64,000 nt of DNA from positions 186,001 through 250,000 of the forward strand of contig NW_026867197.1 of NCBI RefSeq assembly GCF_026571515.1. The letters run 5' to 3'. A program made the translations under genes and the position numbers. This document shows, one piece after another, positions 1 to 13,300 of this stretch (positions are counted from its first letter, which is position 1; every line of letters starts with the position of its first letter). Below the pieces are notes generated by a model, which was given only the letters and a program-made list of their open reading frames with translations, was not told the DNA's origin and did not search any database. This DNA is from Ruditapes philippinarum (taxonomy: Eukaryota).

Positions 1-2164
1 TTCATCGTTCATTTATCAACAACCTTGAATAATTCATGAATTTCATCATTGTCGCAAGATAAGCCATCCAAAAATTAAACTGATTGCTTCACTTTCCATT
101 AAATTGTGTTTTTGTTCTGTTTTCTTGCGACAATCAATAAGCGATGTATGATATATTGAAATCCGAGACAAGTGCATAACGTTCAAATTTCAATTACTCA
201 GGTTATTTCATGTATGCATGTCAGCATGTTTTCATGTATTTTTTACTATCATAATACCTATTACATTTCTTTACCTTATATATGAGCAAAATCTCCTCTA
301 GGATTGCTACGGTATCAGACTGACTGCAAATTTAATGATTTCTTTGTCAGCAACAGGACTATTATGTTAACGTTTGGTTGTAATATAAGGTTCTTGAATT
401 TTAGTTAGATAATTGTTTGCGATACAAGCATTTCACACTATACATTCCCTGAATTTGAATCGAATTTGTTAAATTATTACTAAAAAGTGGATGACACGCA
501 ATATATTGAAACGGCTTTTTTTCCGGTAGTTCAGATTGAGTAATATATTAAAGATAATGAAATAACGAAATTTGATTTTTAGAGTAATGAATGCGTTACA
601 AAGTTTCGTTTTATGTCCATACTATCATTATATGATCAAAATACTTCCCCTCTTACGCCAAAACTAATGGGTCTAGTGATGGAACTTTTGTTCAGTATAT
701 ACCCCATAGCCTTGACAATTACAACAAGTTTTTTATGCAATCCTCTTGGGTTTTTTTTCCAGAATATTTAATGGGTAGAAGAGCATGCGTTGTTGTCGAT
801 CGAGACTCTTTTACATAATCTTGCTGATTTCAATCACTTGTCTTCTCATCAAACTAGCAAACAGAGGACAATAAGCAACTGACTAGCAGCACTTTGTTGT
901 TTGTGAAAAGACTTTCCCTGTTTTCTAATGCGATATCATAAGCTTTGTCACATCTTTGGCGTTCCCGAAACTAACATTGATCAAAACATTTTAAAAGTTC
1001 TTAGTGTATTGCCTTCATACATGGCCACAACAACAATGGGGACAAGAACTTCAACTGGACTAGACTAACATTCACCTGCATTCATAAATGACCTTGACCT
1101 CCAAGGTCAAATGTCTACATTTTGCTACATTTGTACTGATTGTTTCTGCTAATGGATATAACTTTGTTATTTTTAAAATATATTGTCTTCAAACTTGAAC
1201 AATGTTCTAGGATAAGACCTTCAAGCTAACAAGGCAGACATTGACCTTCACTCATTAATGACTTTGACCTTGAAGGTCAAATTATTGACCTTATAGCTTC
1301 TCTCTTTTTCTCTCATTTTTGCTTTTACTATAACTTTGATATTAACTAATGGATTGACTTCTTATTATGCGACATCAAGCTTTAGGATAAGACATTGGTG
1401 TTTGTCAAACTCAAATTGACCTTGGCTCATTTATTATCTGGACCATCTTAAAGGTTAAATTATTGAATTTTCACTGATTTTTGCTATAATTTACTATATT
1501 ATTAACTTGGTTATTAACAAATGTATTATTTTTATACTTGGACAAAACAACCTTTTGGACAAGACTTTCTTAAAAGTTGAACGGACTATGATCCTGAGCT
1601 CTAAATGACCTCGACTGTGAGGGTCAAATTATTGAAATCTATTTAATTGTCATAATTTTTTTATTTATGTACGGATTTGATTTAAACTTAGACAAAGACA
1701 AAAAACTTGCAAACTAACAAACATATTGAATACTTTAGATGCGAACTTGACCTTTGCTTGACTTTAAACTTCAAGGTCAAATAAATAAAATTTTCTTGTG
1801 CATTCCTTTAGCAATGAGATTTGGACCATGTGCACATTTTTAGGTGTAAAATTGAATTTTGATATCAGGTGACCGAAATAATTTGACGAAGTGACCAACT
1901 TGCATGTCATTAAATGTAAAACTATGAAATATGGGCCATGTGCATAATTTAAGATGCTAATTTGAACTCTGATATCAGTTGACCTAGATTGAGGTTGAGG
2001 AAGTAACCTACTTTCTTTCCTTTTATGTACAGCTATGAAATTTGGACAATATGCACTGTTTCTGATGTAAAATTGATCCTTGGACAATGTGGAAATGATT
2101 CATACTTTGACAAAACAACAAGTGTGATATACCTACCTAAATCATATACCTACTAAACAGAAAA

Positions 2165-2812
2165 GTGTTTGTTTGGTCAAATAATGCAAGTAATAGAAAC
2201 TGTAAAAATTGGAATTTTAAAGTTGTTAACATGTTTTTGAAGTATGATTTAAATGAACATGTACATATTAGCAGGTTTGCGTCTAAGCATGAAATATGTG
2301 GAAAACTTGTTCCAAAATTATATGAAGAATATGTCATGTCATGGCATGCCGATGTTAATCGTGTTAATGCACAGAGAGGAAATGGTAGAAATAAACTTAG
2401 GTTCTACCGATTATTCAAAACGTCTTTTCATGTTGAACCATACTGTAAATTAGTGTTAAATAGATCACATAGAGGTGCACTTGCAAAATTTCGTAGTGGA
2501 ACAGCCCCAATCAATATTGAGATTGGAAGATATAATAATGTCTTGTTAGAGAATAGAAAATGTTCTTTTTGTCACAATATTGGAATTAATGTAATTGAGG
2601 ATGAGATGCATGTGTTACTACACTGTCCTTTGTATATTGATTTAAGACAACAGCTATATTTTAAGGCTTGTCAACATTTTGCTAATTTTGATAATGTAGA
2701 TGATGTTGAAAAGATAAGGATACTTCTGAATGAGGAGGCCATTGTTAATTGTTGTGCCAAAACCTGCTTTCAAATGTTAGAAAAGCGTCGTGATAGTTTG
2801 TATACTGGATAA
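2165..2812 (+). pseudogene. C-terminal fragment of LINE reverse transcriptase ORF2
   Basis: 215-aa ORF without an ATG start. It contains only the post-RT region and zinc finger; the RT core is absent. Confidence 0.85.
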
Positions 2813-2839
2813 TATTAAACTGTACTATATTTTTTATTG

Positions 2840-2926
2840 TATATAAACATTGTTTTAGTATATAAACATTGTTTTAGTATATGAACATTGTTTTAGTATA
2901 TGAACATTGTTTTAGTATATGAACAT
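2840..2926 (+). repeat. Short tandem repeat (~19 bp, 'tatataaacattgttttag', ~4 copies) in the LINE 3' UTR
   Basis: Directly visible repeated unit. Confidence 0.85.
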
Positions 2927-5900
2927 ATTTATCTCGCTCTAGAAAACCTTATTAATGATTCATATGTCTGATTAGATCAGTCCTGTGCTTTTACTGTTTA
3001 GACCATTTTGTAATGTTGAGCTTTATAAACTATTCCTTTTAAAGATATTCACGGTTTTAATTTATAAAAAAACAAAACGACAGATTATCATTAAGAAGAG
3101 TTTTCTAGGTCATAGCATTTAGAATATGTGTATATATATGGTAAAGAAAGTAATATAGTTTAGAACCGAAAAATAAGGAGGGTTTGTTTTTTGGTTATAC
3201 AAATCAATGCCAAGTCATAATTTTGACACAACCACTGTTGTTATAGAACATGAATATTTGGGTCTTCATACAGTTTAGCACATAACAATTTTCTGAACTA
3301 TTTTGTTTATGATTAAATCTTTCAGCCTTTTTCTATGGAATAGACAGAGTAATTTGAATTCTAACTGTACTCAAATATGAATACTTGCCAAGATCTTTGA
3401 CTTGACAAAGCTATGATTAAGAACAAACTCAGATGACATTTCATTTGATTTCTTTTTCTGTATATGTACATTAAGTGAGTAGTCATTAAAATATGTGATA
3501 GAGTTTTTAAGAAATTGAAAATGTATAGTTTTTTAATAGTCTCTAGCAAATCAAACATTTGATTGGTTTCATATATGTATGCCATTTGTTTTATCTTGTA
3601 TTTTATATTGGTTGATATGTACATATATGTTATTGAGACTTAAATAAATAAATAAAAAAATAAAATAAATACCTATTGAATTCTTTAAAAGAAAAAATAT
3701 CTTACTGTTTCTGTTATAAAATTAGTTAAAACCCTTCATTTGTTTTCTTTTATATGTTTTCGAGAGAGAAAGTGCGCGGTTTTTTTTTTGTTTAACTATC
3801 CACACATATATATATTTACACATATATATTTACAACAAAACAATAAATTATATGTAAATTTTATTTTGCCAAATCACTTACATAAGATAACAATGATCAG
3901 TTGGGCTATATTACAATATTAAGTATACTGATAGACTTGCCCAATCTCTTGATGAATTTTCAATTGTCTAATAAACACAGGTCAAATTTAATTATTTGAT
4001 GCCCCCCCCCCTAAAGTGAATAAACACAGGTCTAAACATGAACTACACGACAGTTTTTGAAGCAAAATGTTAAATGATTGAGCGTACATAAAGGAACACA
4101 AGTCAAGCAAATTTCAAGTCTAAAATTAATCGTAATCATAATACTGCGGCATGATTTGAGGCAGAGAAAACTTAAAGACGTATCTTACAAGTTTATACCG
4201 TACTAAATTTGTTCAATTCTTCCCTTATCATGAATCAACCAAGCATATAATTATTTACAATATCTACTGATACAAACAATAACCTAAGTACATGTTTACC
4301 CTAGTACTGATTCTTGCTGGTTACCAAATGGCTAAACATATCTTTTCACTAAGTTAATGAAAAGAATTAACTTCAGAGTATTGGTTGTCACAGTTCCGTA
4401 CACTGACAGTGCCAAAAGCTGTTTTCTAGCAAAACAAATCAATAAACGGTATGCTAGTGCTTTTTCTTGTATGTATGAAAATATTTTGAGACATCTTTCG
4501 TTACTTGCCAAGATTATACCTCTGAATAGTTGAAAATGTACCATAATATGAGGTCGTTTTTTCATATACAACTTAAAAGATCATCAAAGAATATCTATGA
4601 AAATATAATATTTTTCTTTATTAAAGATCCTGTAACTCATTTTTTATGTTTTCATACATAAATATAATCAAATGAAGATTTGTCAATGTGTTAGTTTCCA
4701 AAAAGCGTATTTTGTAAAAATATTACCGAATTACATTTCATGTAAATAAAGTGAGGCATCAATATTAGACAGTTATTTTCTATAAAGTCTAAGTCATTTT
4801 GTTTTCAAAAAGAAACGAATGCATATAATTTAATGATTACATATAATGTGAATAAATATTTGCAGTATCTATTTTATACATATTCTTCGATGTTGGAAAA
4901 TTGCTTTAGAAGCATGATTTTATACATATATAAAATTTCATATGATTGTGATAACAACCTTAATTATAAAATACTGGCTCTTTAAAAATAATTATTCGAA
5001 ATGCTCTTTTTACCATTGCGGTGTTTCCTGGGAAATAAGATAGTCAATATGATCTAAATTGCCGTTTCTTAGAGCTTAACCATTACAAAACTAGAAAAAA
5101 CTAGTTAATCTGGCAAACTAGATATTCGATAAGAACCTATCGGCCGTTTATATTAAGAGATTTATCGTGTCTCCTTTATTAAATACTCAATGATATGGTT
5201 TATGTTTCACGTTCCATCATCACGTGATTTGTGTGAATGACCGTAGCGTAACAGGCTCGCTTCCAACAATGTTCTTTCGTCTAAGATGATTGTCACATTA
5301 TTAAATCATGAAACAGAACAAAATAAACAAATTAATTAAACAGATTAATTACCATAAACCTTTACCGTTCGAAAACTGCAAAAAAGCACCCTAAAAGAAA
5401 GTTCAATATTACTTTGTTGATACCCTTTGAATTATCATAACTTCTTTTACTTTTGGAAAAAATTACTACACTACTCTTAATAATTCTTTTCGTTCTTTCC
5501 CTTCGTTATTTTTCATGCCCAAAGGCCCATTTTGCCCCAGAAATGCTTTTATTTTGTTTGCCAAAACTTTTTATATTTGGCAACACATGTTACGAATGCG
5601 ATCCCAATTGTAAAATGTGTTACTTTTATGATCCGTTACAAATGTGGATCAACAAAAAATACATTATTTATTATTTATAATGATATGTTATTAACGTGGG
5701 ATAACCAATCTTGAGCTTTGGTCTCCTTGTTTATATCATATGAACGCAATGATCTTAAAGTTATATTACTTACACTTTGCTTGAAAACACCATGCATGCA
5801 TTTACTCTAACGCTGCAGCACTCTTCCAACTGACATGATAACTTAATTACTTCTCCCACAAGAGACTTCTATCTATTCGATCAAAACGTATACACTTGGA

Positions 5901-6244
5901 GGCATTTCACCGTCAAATTTTATAATGCCTTTTGAGTTACGGAGAAAAAAGGCAATAAGTCAAATTATTCTTAATATCACTCTTTGCACTGCACTACTTA
6001 CTACTAAATGAGAATCCACCTATAAAGTTTCAATATGATATTTGATATACTTGTTGTCGTTATTGTTTATGTTGTCATTTAATCATTAATCTATATTTTT
6101 ATTAATCATACTAATTCGTTATATTTTGTATGTTTTTTGGTTTAACACTTCGGTTAATGTTTTACGCACAACTTTTTGTACAGAATTATACGTCATGAAG
6201 CACTTATCATATTTTCCTGTTACTTAACATTTTATATCAGAATT

Positions 6245-9205
6245 GGACAAATTTCCAGAATATTTAGATCAAAACTGCAGTCACTAGAGTTTTAACAAGT
6301 TTTTCCTATTTTTAGCCAATGTGACCTTGTTTTTGACCGGAGATGACCCATCTTCGAACTTGTTAACAAGATTTTTCTATTTTTACCTCATGTGACCTAG
6401 TTTTTAACCAAGGATGACCCATATGCGAACTTGACCTACAAATCATCAATCTATTTTAGCCCCTGTGAACTAGTTTTTGACCGGAGATGACCGATCTATT
6501 TACTTGACCTAGAAATCATCAAAACAGCCTTCCTCACCAAGTCCAGAATAATTGAATCAAAACTGCAGCCACTTGAGTGTTTACAAGATTTTTCTATTTT
6601 TAGCTCCTGTTACCTAGTTTTTGACGGGAGAAGACCCAAGTGCGAACTTGACCTACAAATATCAAACCTTCCTGACAAATTTCCAGAATATTTGGATCAA
6701 ACTTGAACAACAAATCATCAAAGAAACCTTCCTGACAGATTTCCAGGAAATTTCGATCAAAACTGCAGCAACTATAGTGTTACAAGTTATTCCTATTTTT
6801 AGCTCCTGTGATCTAGTTTTTGATCCGAAATGACCCATCTTCGAACTTGATGTTGATTGAATCAAAACTGCAGCCACTGGAGTGTTAACAAGATTTTTCT
6901 ATTTTAAGCTCCTGTGACCTATTTTTTGACCAGAGATGAACCATATGCAAACTTTACCTACAAATCATTAAAGTAACCTTCCTGACCAAAATTCAGGATA
7001 TTTGGATCAAAACTGCAGCCAAAAAAGTGTTAACAAGCTTTTTCTATTTTTAGCTCCTGTAGTTTGAGACCGGAGATGACCCATATGCAAACCTAATCTA
7101 GAAAACAACAATACAACCTTCCTGACAAAATCAAGAATATTTGGATCACAACTGCAGACACTAGAGTGTTAAAAAGTTTTTTTTCTATTTTTAGTTCCTG
7201 TGACCTAGCTTTTGCTCAAATATGAACTATAAATCATCAAAAGCACCTTCCTGACCGATTTCCTGGAAATTTTTATCAAAACAGCAGTAACTAGAGTGTT
7301 AACATTTTCTTTCCTATTTTTAGCTCCTGTGGCCTAGTTTTTGACCGGAGATGACCCATATTCGGACTTGACCTACAAACTATCAAAACAACATTCCTGA
7401 CTGATTTCTAGGGAATTTGGATCAAAACTGCAGCCACTAAAGTGTTAGCAAGATGCTCCTGTGATCTAGGTTTTGATCCGATATGACCAATCTCCGTACT
7501 TGACCTAGAAATCATCAAACTATTTTCCAGAAAAATGTCAAGAATATTTGGATCAAACTGCAGCCACTAGTGTTAGCAAGAGTTTTCTATTTTGAGCTCC
7601 TGTGACCTAGTTTTTGATCGGAGATGGTCCATATTTCAACTTAATCTAGAAGTCATCAAAACAACCTTCCTGACTGATTTCCAGAATATTTGGATTAAAA
7701 CTGCAGCCATTAAACTGTTAACATTTTTTTGTCAAATTTAAGTTCATATGACCTGGTTTTTGACCGGAGATGACCCATATTCAAACTTGGCCTAGAAATC
7801 TTTAAAACAATATTCCTGACGAATTTCCAGAATATTTAGATTAAAACTGCAGACACTAAAGTTTAAACAAGCTTTTTCTTTTTTTAGCCCTGTGACATAG
7901 TTTATGACCGGAGATGACCCTTCTTCATGTTCTTAAGAAGGCCAACTCTCGGTTAAAATTTCTTTACCACAAGAAAAGTTTCTTCTGGTTATGTCTCTTA
8001 TTCAGTGTCACTATGATTACGCATGCTCTGTTTGGTATAATAGCTTGACACAGTCTTTAAAAAATAAGTTACAAACTTGTCAATACAAAATAATGAGATC
8101 TGTACTTGACTTAGACTCCAGAGCCGACATTGACCCATCCCACTTTAAGTCCTTTAACTGGTTACCGGTCCACAAAAGAGTTGAACAGATAATGTTGTGT
8201 CATATTTTTAAGATATAAAATGGCCTATCTCCGGATAACATGTCTGAACACTTTATTTCACAAGATTCCATACATAATTATAGTACAAGACTTAGTCAAA
8301 AGGGTGGATATTGTCTACCTAAGGTCAAAGGCCAGGGTTCTAAATCCTTTGCTTTCTCTGGTATTAAATTATGGAATGATAACTGTAGAGTTAACGGAGA
8401 TCGACAGGTTACAAAGCTTTAAGGTTGCCTTCAAAAGTCATCTTATGAACAGTATTTAAAAAAAATTTAAACATGTTTTAAATATTTTAAATTGTCTGCT
8501 ATTTATCTTTTTACAATTTTAGTAATGTGTTTTAGATCCTAGCTGTAAACAGGAGTATCATTAACTCAAGATTTGACTGTGATATACATTTTTATGATTT
8601 ATTAGTATTTTTAAACATGATTATATTTAGGTTTGCCTCCCTATGTCATGCCGCCAATACAAAGGACCACAATGGAAATAAGAGCTTTTTTGCCCTTTTT
8701 GTGTTATCCTTGGTTTTGGTGAGCATGTCATAGTTTTACTCGTATGTGATATAGTATTTAATAATGCTCATTATTTTATCCTATGTTATATTGTTAACTA
8801 TGTATATGCTTCCTTTGCCGAAATAAATCTATCTATATATCTTCGAACTTTACCTAGAAATCATCAAAACAACCTTCCTGGCAATTTCAAGAATATTTAA
8901 ATCAAAACTGCACTCACTAGAATGTAAATAAGATTTTTCTAATTTTAGCTCCTGTGACCTAGTTTTTGACCGGAGATGACACATATGCGAACTTGGCCTA
9001 CAAATCATCAAAGCAAATTTCCAGGGAATTTGGATCAAAACTGCACTACAGTGTTAACAACCTTTTTGGGTTTTTTAGCTCCTGTGACCTAGTGTTTGAC
9101 ACAGAGATGACCCATCTTCGTACTCGATCTGCATTTTAATGAGACAAACATTCTGAAAAAGTTTGATGATGGTCTAGTCAAAAATGTGACTGCTAGACTG
9201 TTAAC
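6245..9205 (+). repeat. ~140-146 bp satellite-like tandem array, roughly 14-16 degenerate units, interrupted by a LINE fragment
   Basis: Recurrent 'gatcaaaactgcagccactagagtgttaacaag...tagctcctgtgacctagtttttgaccggagatgacccat...gaacttgacctagaaatcatcaa'. Confidence 0.93.
7927..8838 (+). mobile_element. 5'-truncated LINE of the CR1/L2 group (Crack/Daphne-like), inserted into the satellite array
   Basis: Translation KKANSRLKFLY...LIQCHYDYACSVWY...LQTCQYKIMR...NWLPV..R...HNYSTR...SFAFSGIKLWN...SFKVAFKSHL matches RT C-terminal motifs. It has an in-frame stop at 8216-8218 and a frameshift near 8380. The tail is AATAAA(TCTA)n. TCTTC is duplicated at 7922-7926 and 8840-8844, splitting one repeat unit. 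Confidence 0.88.
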
Positions 9206-10100
9206 AATCCAATTGTTGATGACGAACGACGTTTGACGACGGACGCCGCACATAGCCTCATCACTATACCTCACTGTGACCACTTCGTGGTCAGGTGTGC
9301 TAAAAATAATAACTGTATAATAACTGGAACAAATTAATCAGACGGTCATGGCTTATCTTAGAATAATTACGCGACTGGTCTACTATGTGAATTTTAGTCA
9401 ATAATTTTCTATATCATTTATTTCCAATCCAATGGCATAACATTTTTTTTAAATTCACATCAATTACTGGAAAACAATTATTCTGGTTTAGAGCATCCAT
9501 GAATAGTTAAATCAACTGTTGATGATACCTGCTGATGCATATATAGCAACAGGTCATTTAGCACTACGAAGAACAGAAATATTTGACATTAATAAATAAA
9601 GGCGTATCCTAATTCGGGACACAATGAATTGAAAAAAGTGCACGTATACTAATTAAGAGGTGAGAGAAAAAAGTATGTCGGCGGTATGATGAAACAAACA
9701 ACCAATTATTTCATACAAATCTCAAAAAGCAGCTTTATTGTTCCGTTACGGACTTAATCATAAAGCCGTGATGTATAACATCTCTGTTGTCAAGTAGTTA
9801 ATCGTAAATAGGAAAATATTGTTGGCCTACATGTTGTTTTTGTTTTTGTAGATCATTTGGGATTAGAACACAAGTAAACAGGAACTAATAATTTTTCATA
9901 TAGAATTTTTTTAAACACCTTTCTTTAGCATTTAATCATATTCTTTGTTTATGGTGTACATGGACTAGTGAAAAATACAAAAGAGCGAAATATCTCATTT
10001 TGAGTGTATTTATTGTCACCGTGAAATAACAATTTAAACAACAATTTAATGAATAATTGTTTTGTTCTTCTTGCAACATTTATTGTATATCATTGAATAA

Positions 10101-10242
10101 NNNNNNNNNNNNNNNNNNNNNNNNNNNNNNNNNNNNNNNNNNNNNNNNNNNNNNNNNNNNNNNNNNNNNNNNNNNNNNNNNNNNNNNNNNNNNNNNNNNN
10201 NNNNNNNNNNNNNNNNNNNNNNNNNNNNNNNNNNNNNNNNNN
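10101..10242. other. Assembly gap
   Basis: Run of N. Confidence 1.
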
Positions 10243-10393
10243 TGATAATTGCTACTTAACAGCTTTGAAATGTTATGCATTCTCAAAGTATGATTGGGTA
10301 TAAATATGGAATTTCAAAATGCAATTGAAATGGTAATAACTTATTCTAAGTGAATTATATCTATAAAAAGAAAAGGAAATGTTCCATAGATGT

Positions 10394-13300
10394 TTTCATC
10401 GTCCATTAATTAAAAACCTTGAATAATTCATGAATTTAATCATTCTCGCAAGATTTGCCATCCAAAATTAAACTGATTGCTTCACTTTCAATTAAATTAG
10501 GTATTTGTTCTGTTGTCTTGCGACAATCATTAAGCGATATTTGATATATTGAAATCCGAGACAAGTAAATTACGTTAATAGGTCATTGCATATATGCATA
10601 TCAGGCATGTATTTATAAATTTCATATTACCTATTGCATTTCTTTATCTTGTTTAATGGCAAAACCTTTTCTCGGATTGCTGCGGTATCAGTCTGACTGC
10701 AAATTTTTTAATTTCTTTGCCAACTTTTCATAAGATCGACAGGACTATTATGCGTAATAAAAGATTCTTGAAGTTTAGTAACAAAATTGTTCGCGATACA
10801 AGCATTTCACATTTCATATTCGCTGAATTTGAAATCGAATTTGATAAATTATTACTGAAAAGTGGATATAACGCAATATATTAAAGCGACTTTTTTTCTG
10901 GTAGTTCAGATTAATTGGTTTTTAGACTGATGAATGTGTTACAAATTTTCGTTTAATGTCCATACTCTCATTTTATAATCAAAATACTTCCTCTCTTACG
11001 CCAAAACCAATCGGTCTAGTGGTGGAACTTTTGTTCAGTATATACCTCATAGCCTTGACAATTTAAATATGTTTTAATGCAATTATCTCCGTTTTTTCTT
11101 CAGAATATTTGATTGGTAAAAACGCATGTGTAGTTGATATAATCTTTCTGATTTCAATCACTTGTCTTTTCATCAAACTAGCCAACAGAGGACGGCAAGC
11201 AACTGACTAGCAGCACTTTATTGTTTGTGAAAAGACTTTCCCTGTTTTCTTATGCGATATCTTAAGTCAAATCTTTGCCTTCCCCGACACTAACATCGAT
11301 CATAACATTTCAAAAGTTTTATTGCCTTCACACATGGCCGCAACAACAATTGGGACAGAACTTCAACCAGACTAGACTAACATTCACCTTCATTCATAAT
11401 GTCCTTGACCTCTAACGTCAAATGTCAAATGTTAATTTGCGCTGATTTGTTTTCTATAAGTGGCTATAACTTTGTTATTTTTGAATGGATTGTTTGCAGT
11501 TGATCTAAATAATTTGACGAAATGTCCAACTTTCATGTCCTTAAATGTTAAACTATGAAATTAGGGCCATGTGCATAAGTTAAGTTGTTATATTGAACTC
11601 TGATATCAGTTGACGTAGATTGAGGTAGAGGAAGTGACCTTCTTTCTTTTCCTTTTCTGTACAGCTATGAAATTTGGACAATATGCACTGTCTCAGATGT
11701 AAAATTGATCCTTGGACATTGTGGAAATGATTCATACTTGGACAAAACAACAAGTGTGATATACCTACCTATTGAATTTTTAAAGGAAAAAATATCTTAC
11801 ATTTTTTGCTATAAAACCCTTTAATTGTTTGCTTTTATATGTTTTCGAGAGAGAAAGTGCACGGGTGCCATTTGTTTTGTTTAACTATCCACACTTAATT
11901 ATAAAAATCACACATATATTTACAACAAAACAATAAATAATATGTAAATTTTATTTTGCCAAATCACTTACATAAGATTACGATGATCAATTGGGCTATA
12001 TAACAATATTAAGTATACTGATAGACTTGCCCAAACTCTTGATGAACTTTCAATACCAAGATGCCCTTACATTACTAATTAACAATCATAAGTATCTAAA
12101 CGAAAATTGCCTTTCGTTTGTCATGTACATAGCTGTAATTTATATTACATTGTCTAATAAGCACAGGTCAAATTTAATTATTTGATGACAGAAAATTCTA
12201 ATTGTATGACCGTGTGTAGCCCATGTATGATGTTCAAGAAGTGTAACCCCTCCACCCCCCCCCCCTCCTAAAGTGAATAAACACAGGCCTAAACATGAAC
12301 TACACGACAGGTTTTGAAGCAAAATGTTAAATGATTAAGAGTTCATATAGAAACACACGTCAAGCAAATTTCAAGTCTAAAATTAATCATAATACTGCGG
12401 CATATTTTGAGGCAAATCAAACGTAAAGGCGTATCTTACATGGCTATAGCGTACTAAATGTGTTCAATTGTTTCCTTTTTATAAATTAACCAAGCATATA
12501 ATTATTTACAATATCTACGGATACAAACAATAACATAAGTTCATGTTTACCCTGGTACTGATTCTTGCTGGTAACCAAATGGCTAAACAAATCTTTTCAC
12601 TAAATCAATGAAAAGAATTAACTTCAGAGTATTGGTTGTAACAGTTCTGTACACTGACAGTGCCAAAAGCTGTTTTCTAGCAAAAACAAATCAATAAACT
12701 GTGTGCTAGTGCTATTTCTTGAATGTAGGAAAATATTATGAGACATATTTCGTTACTTGCCAAGATTATACCTCTGAATAGTTGAAAATGTACGATAATA
12801 TGAGGTCGTTTTTTCATATACAACTTAAAAGATCATAAAAGAATATCTATGAAAATATACATTTTTTTCTTTATTAAAGATCCTGTAACTCATTTTTTAT
12901 GTTTTCATATCATAAATATAATCAAATGAAGATTTGTCAATGTGTAAGTTTCCAAAAAGCTTAATTTGTAAAAATATATCCGAATTACTTTCATGTTAAT
13001 AAAGGGGGGTATCAATTATATTAGACATTTATTTTCTATAAAGTCTAAGTCAAAAAGAAATGAATGCATATATTTTAATGATTACATATAATGTGAATAA
13101 ATATTTGCAGTACATATTTTATACATATTCTTCGAAGTTGGAAAATTGTTTTAAAAGCATGATTTTATTCATATATAAAATTTCATATGATTGTGATAAC
13201 AACCTTAATTATATAATACTGGATCTTTAAAAATAATTATTCGAAACGCTCTTTTTACCATTGCGGTGTTTCCTGGGAAATAAGATAGTCAATATGATCT

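Larger units (their letters stand above)
2140..3669 (+). mobile_element. 5'-truncated non-LTR retrotransposon (LINE; RTE-X-like C-terminus with CCHC zinc finger)
   Basis: ORF 2165-2812 has the KLRxYxxFK...EPY...FRSGxxxxxIExGRY...C-x2-C...EDExH...C motif typical of LINE ORF2 C-termini. A 3' UTR ends in a (TAAA)n tail. TACCTA is duplicated at 2134-2139 and 3670-3675, and copy B (~11762-11775) is the empty site. The clade call is from memory of the motif. Confidence 0.88.
1..5452 (+). repeat. Segmental duplication copy A (paralogous to ~10394-15140)
   Basis: Colinear match along its length: 'ttcatcgttcattta...aaccttgaataattcatgaa' at 1 vs ~10395, 'acaacaagtgtgatatacctacc' at ~2116 vs ~11747, 'aattatcataacttcttttacttt' at ~5430 vs ~15117. 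The copies diverge after that point. Confidence 0.93.
5858..9305 (+). mobile_element. Non-autonomous Helentron-type element (HINE/pearl-like) with an expanded internal tandem array
   Basis: The 3' end has a (GAC)-rich microsatellite at ~9221-9248, the hairpin tgaccac-ttc-gtggtca (9277-9293) and an A-run. The interior is a ~140-146 bp repeat array. The 5' boundary ('acaagag') is uncertain. Confidence 0.65.

Noticed and set aside
5453-5680. ORF with a hydrophobic start and CYECDPNCKMC (furin-repeat-like)
   Set aside because: It starts at TTG, has no supporting splice structure or further repeats, and sits at the duplication breakpoint in repeat-like DNA. Probably chance.
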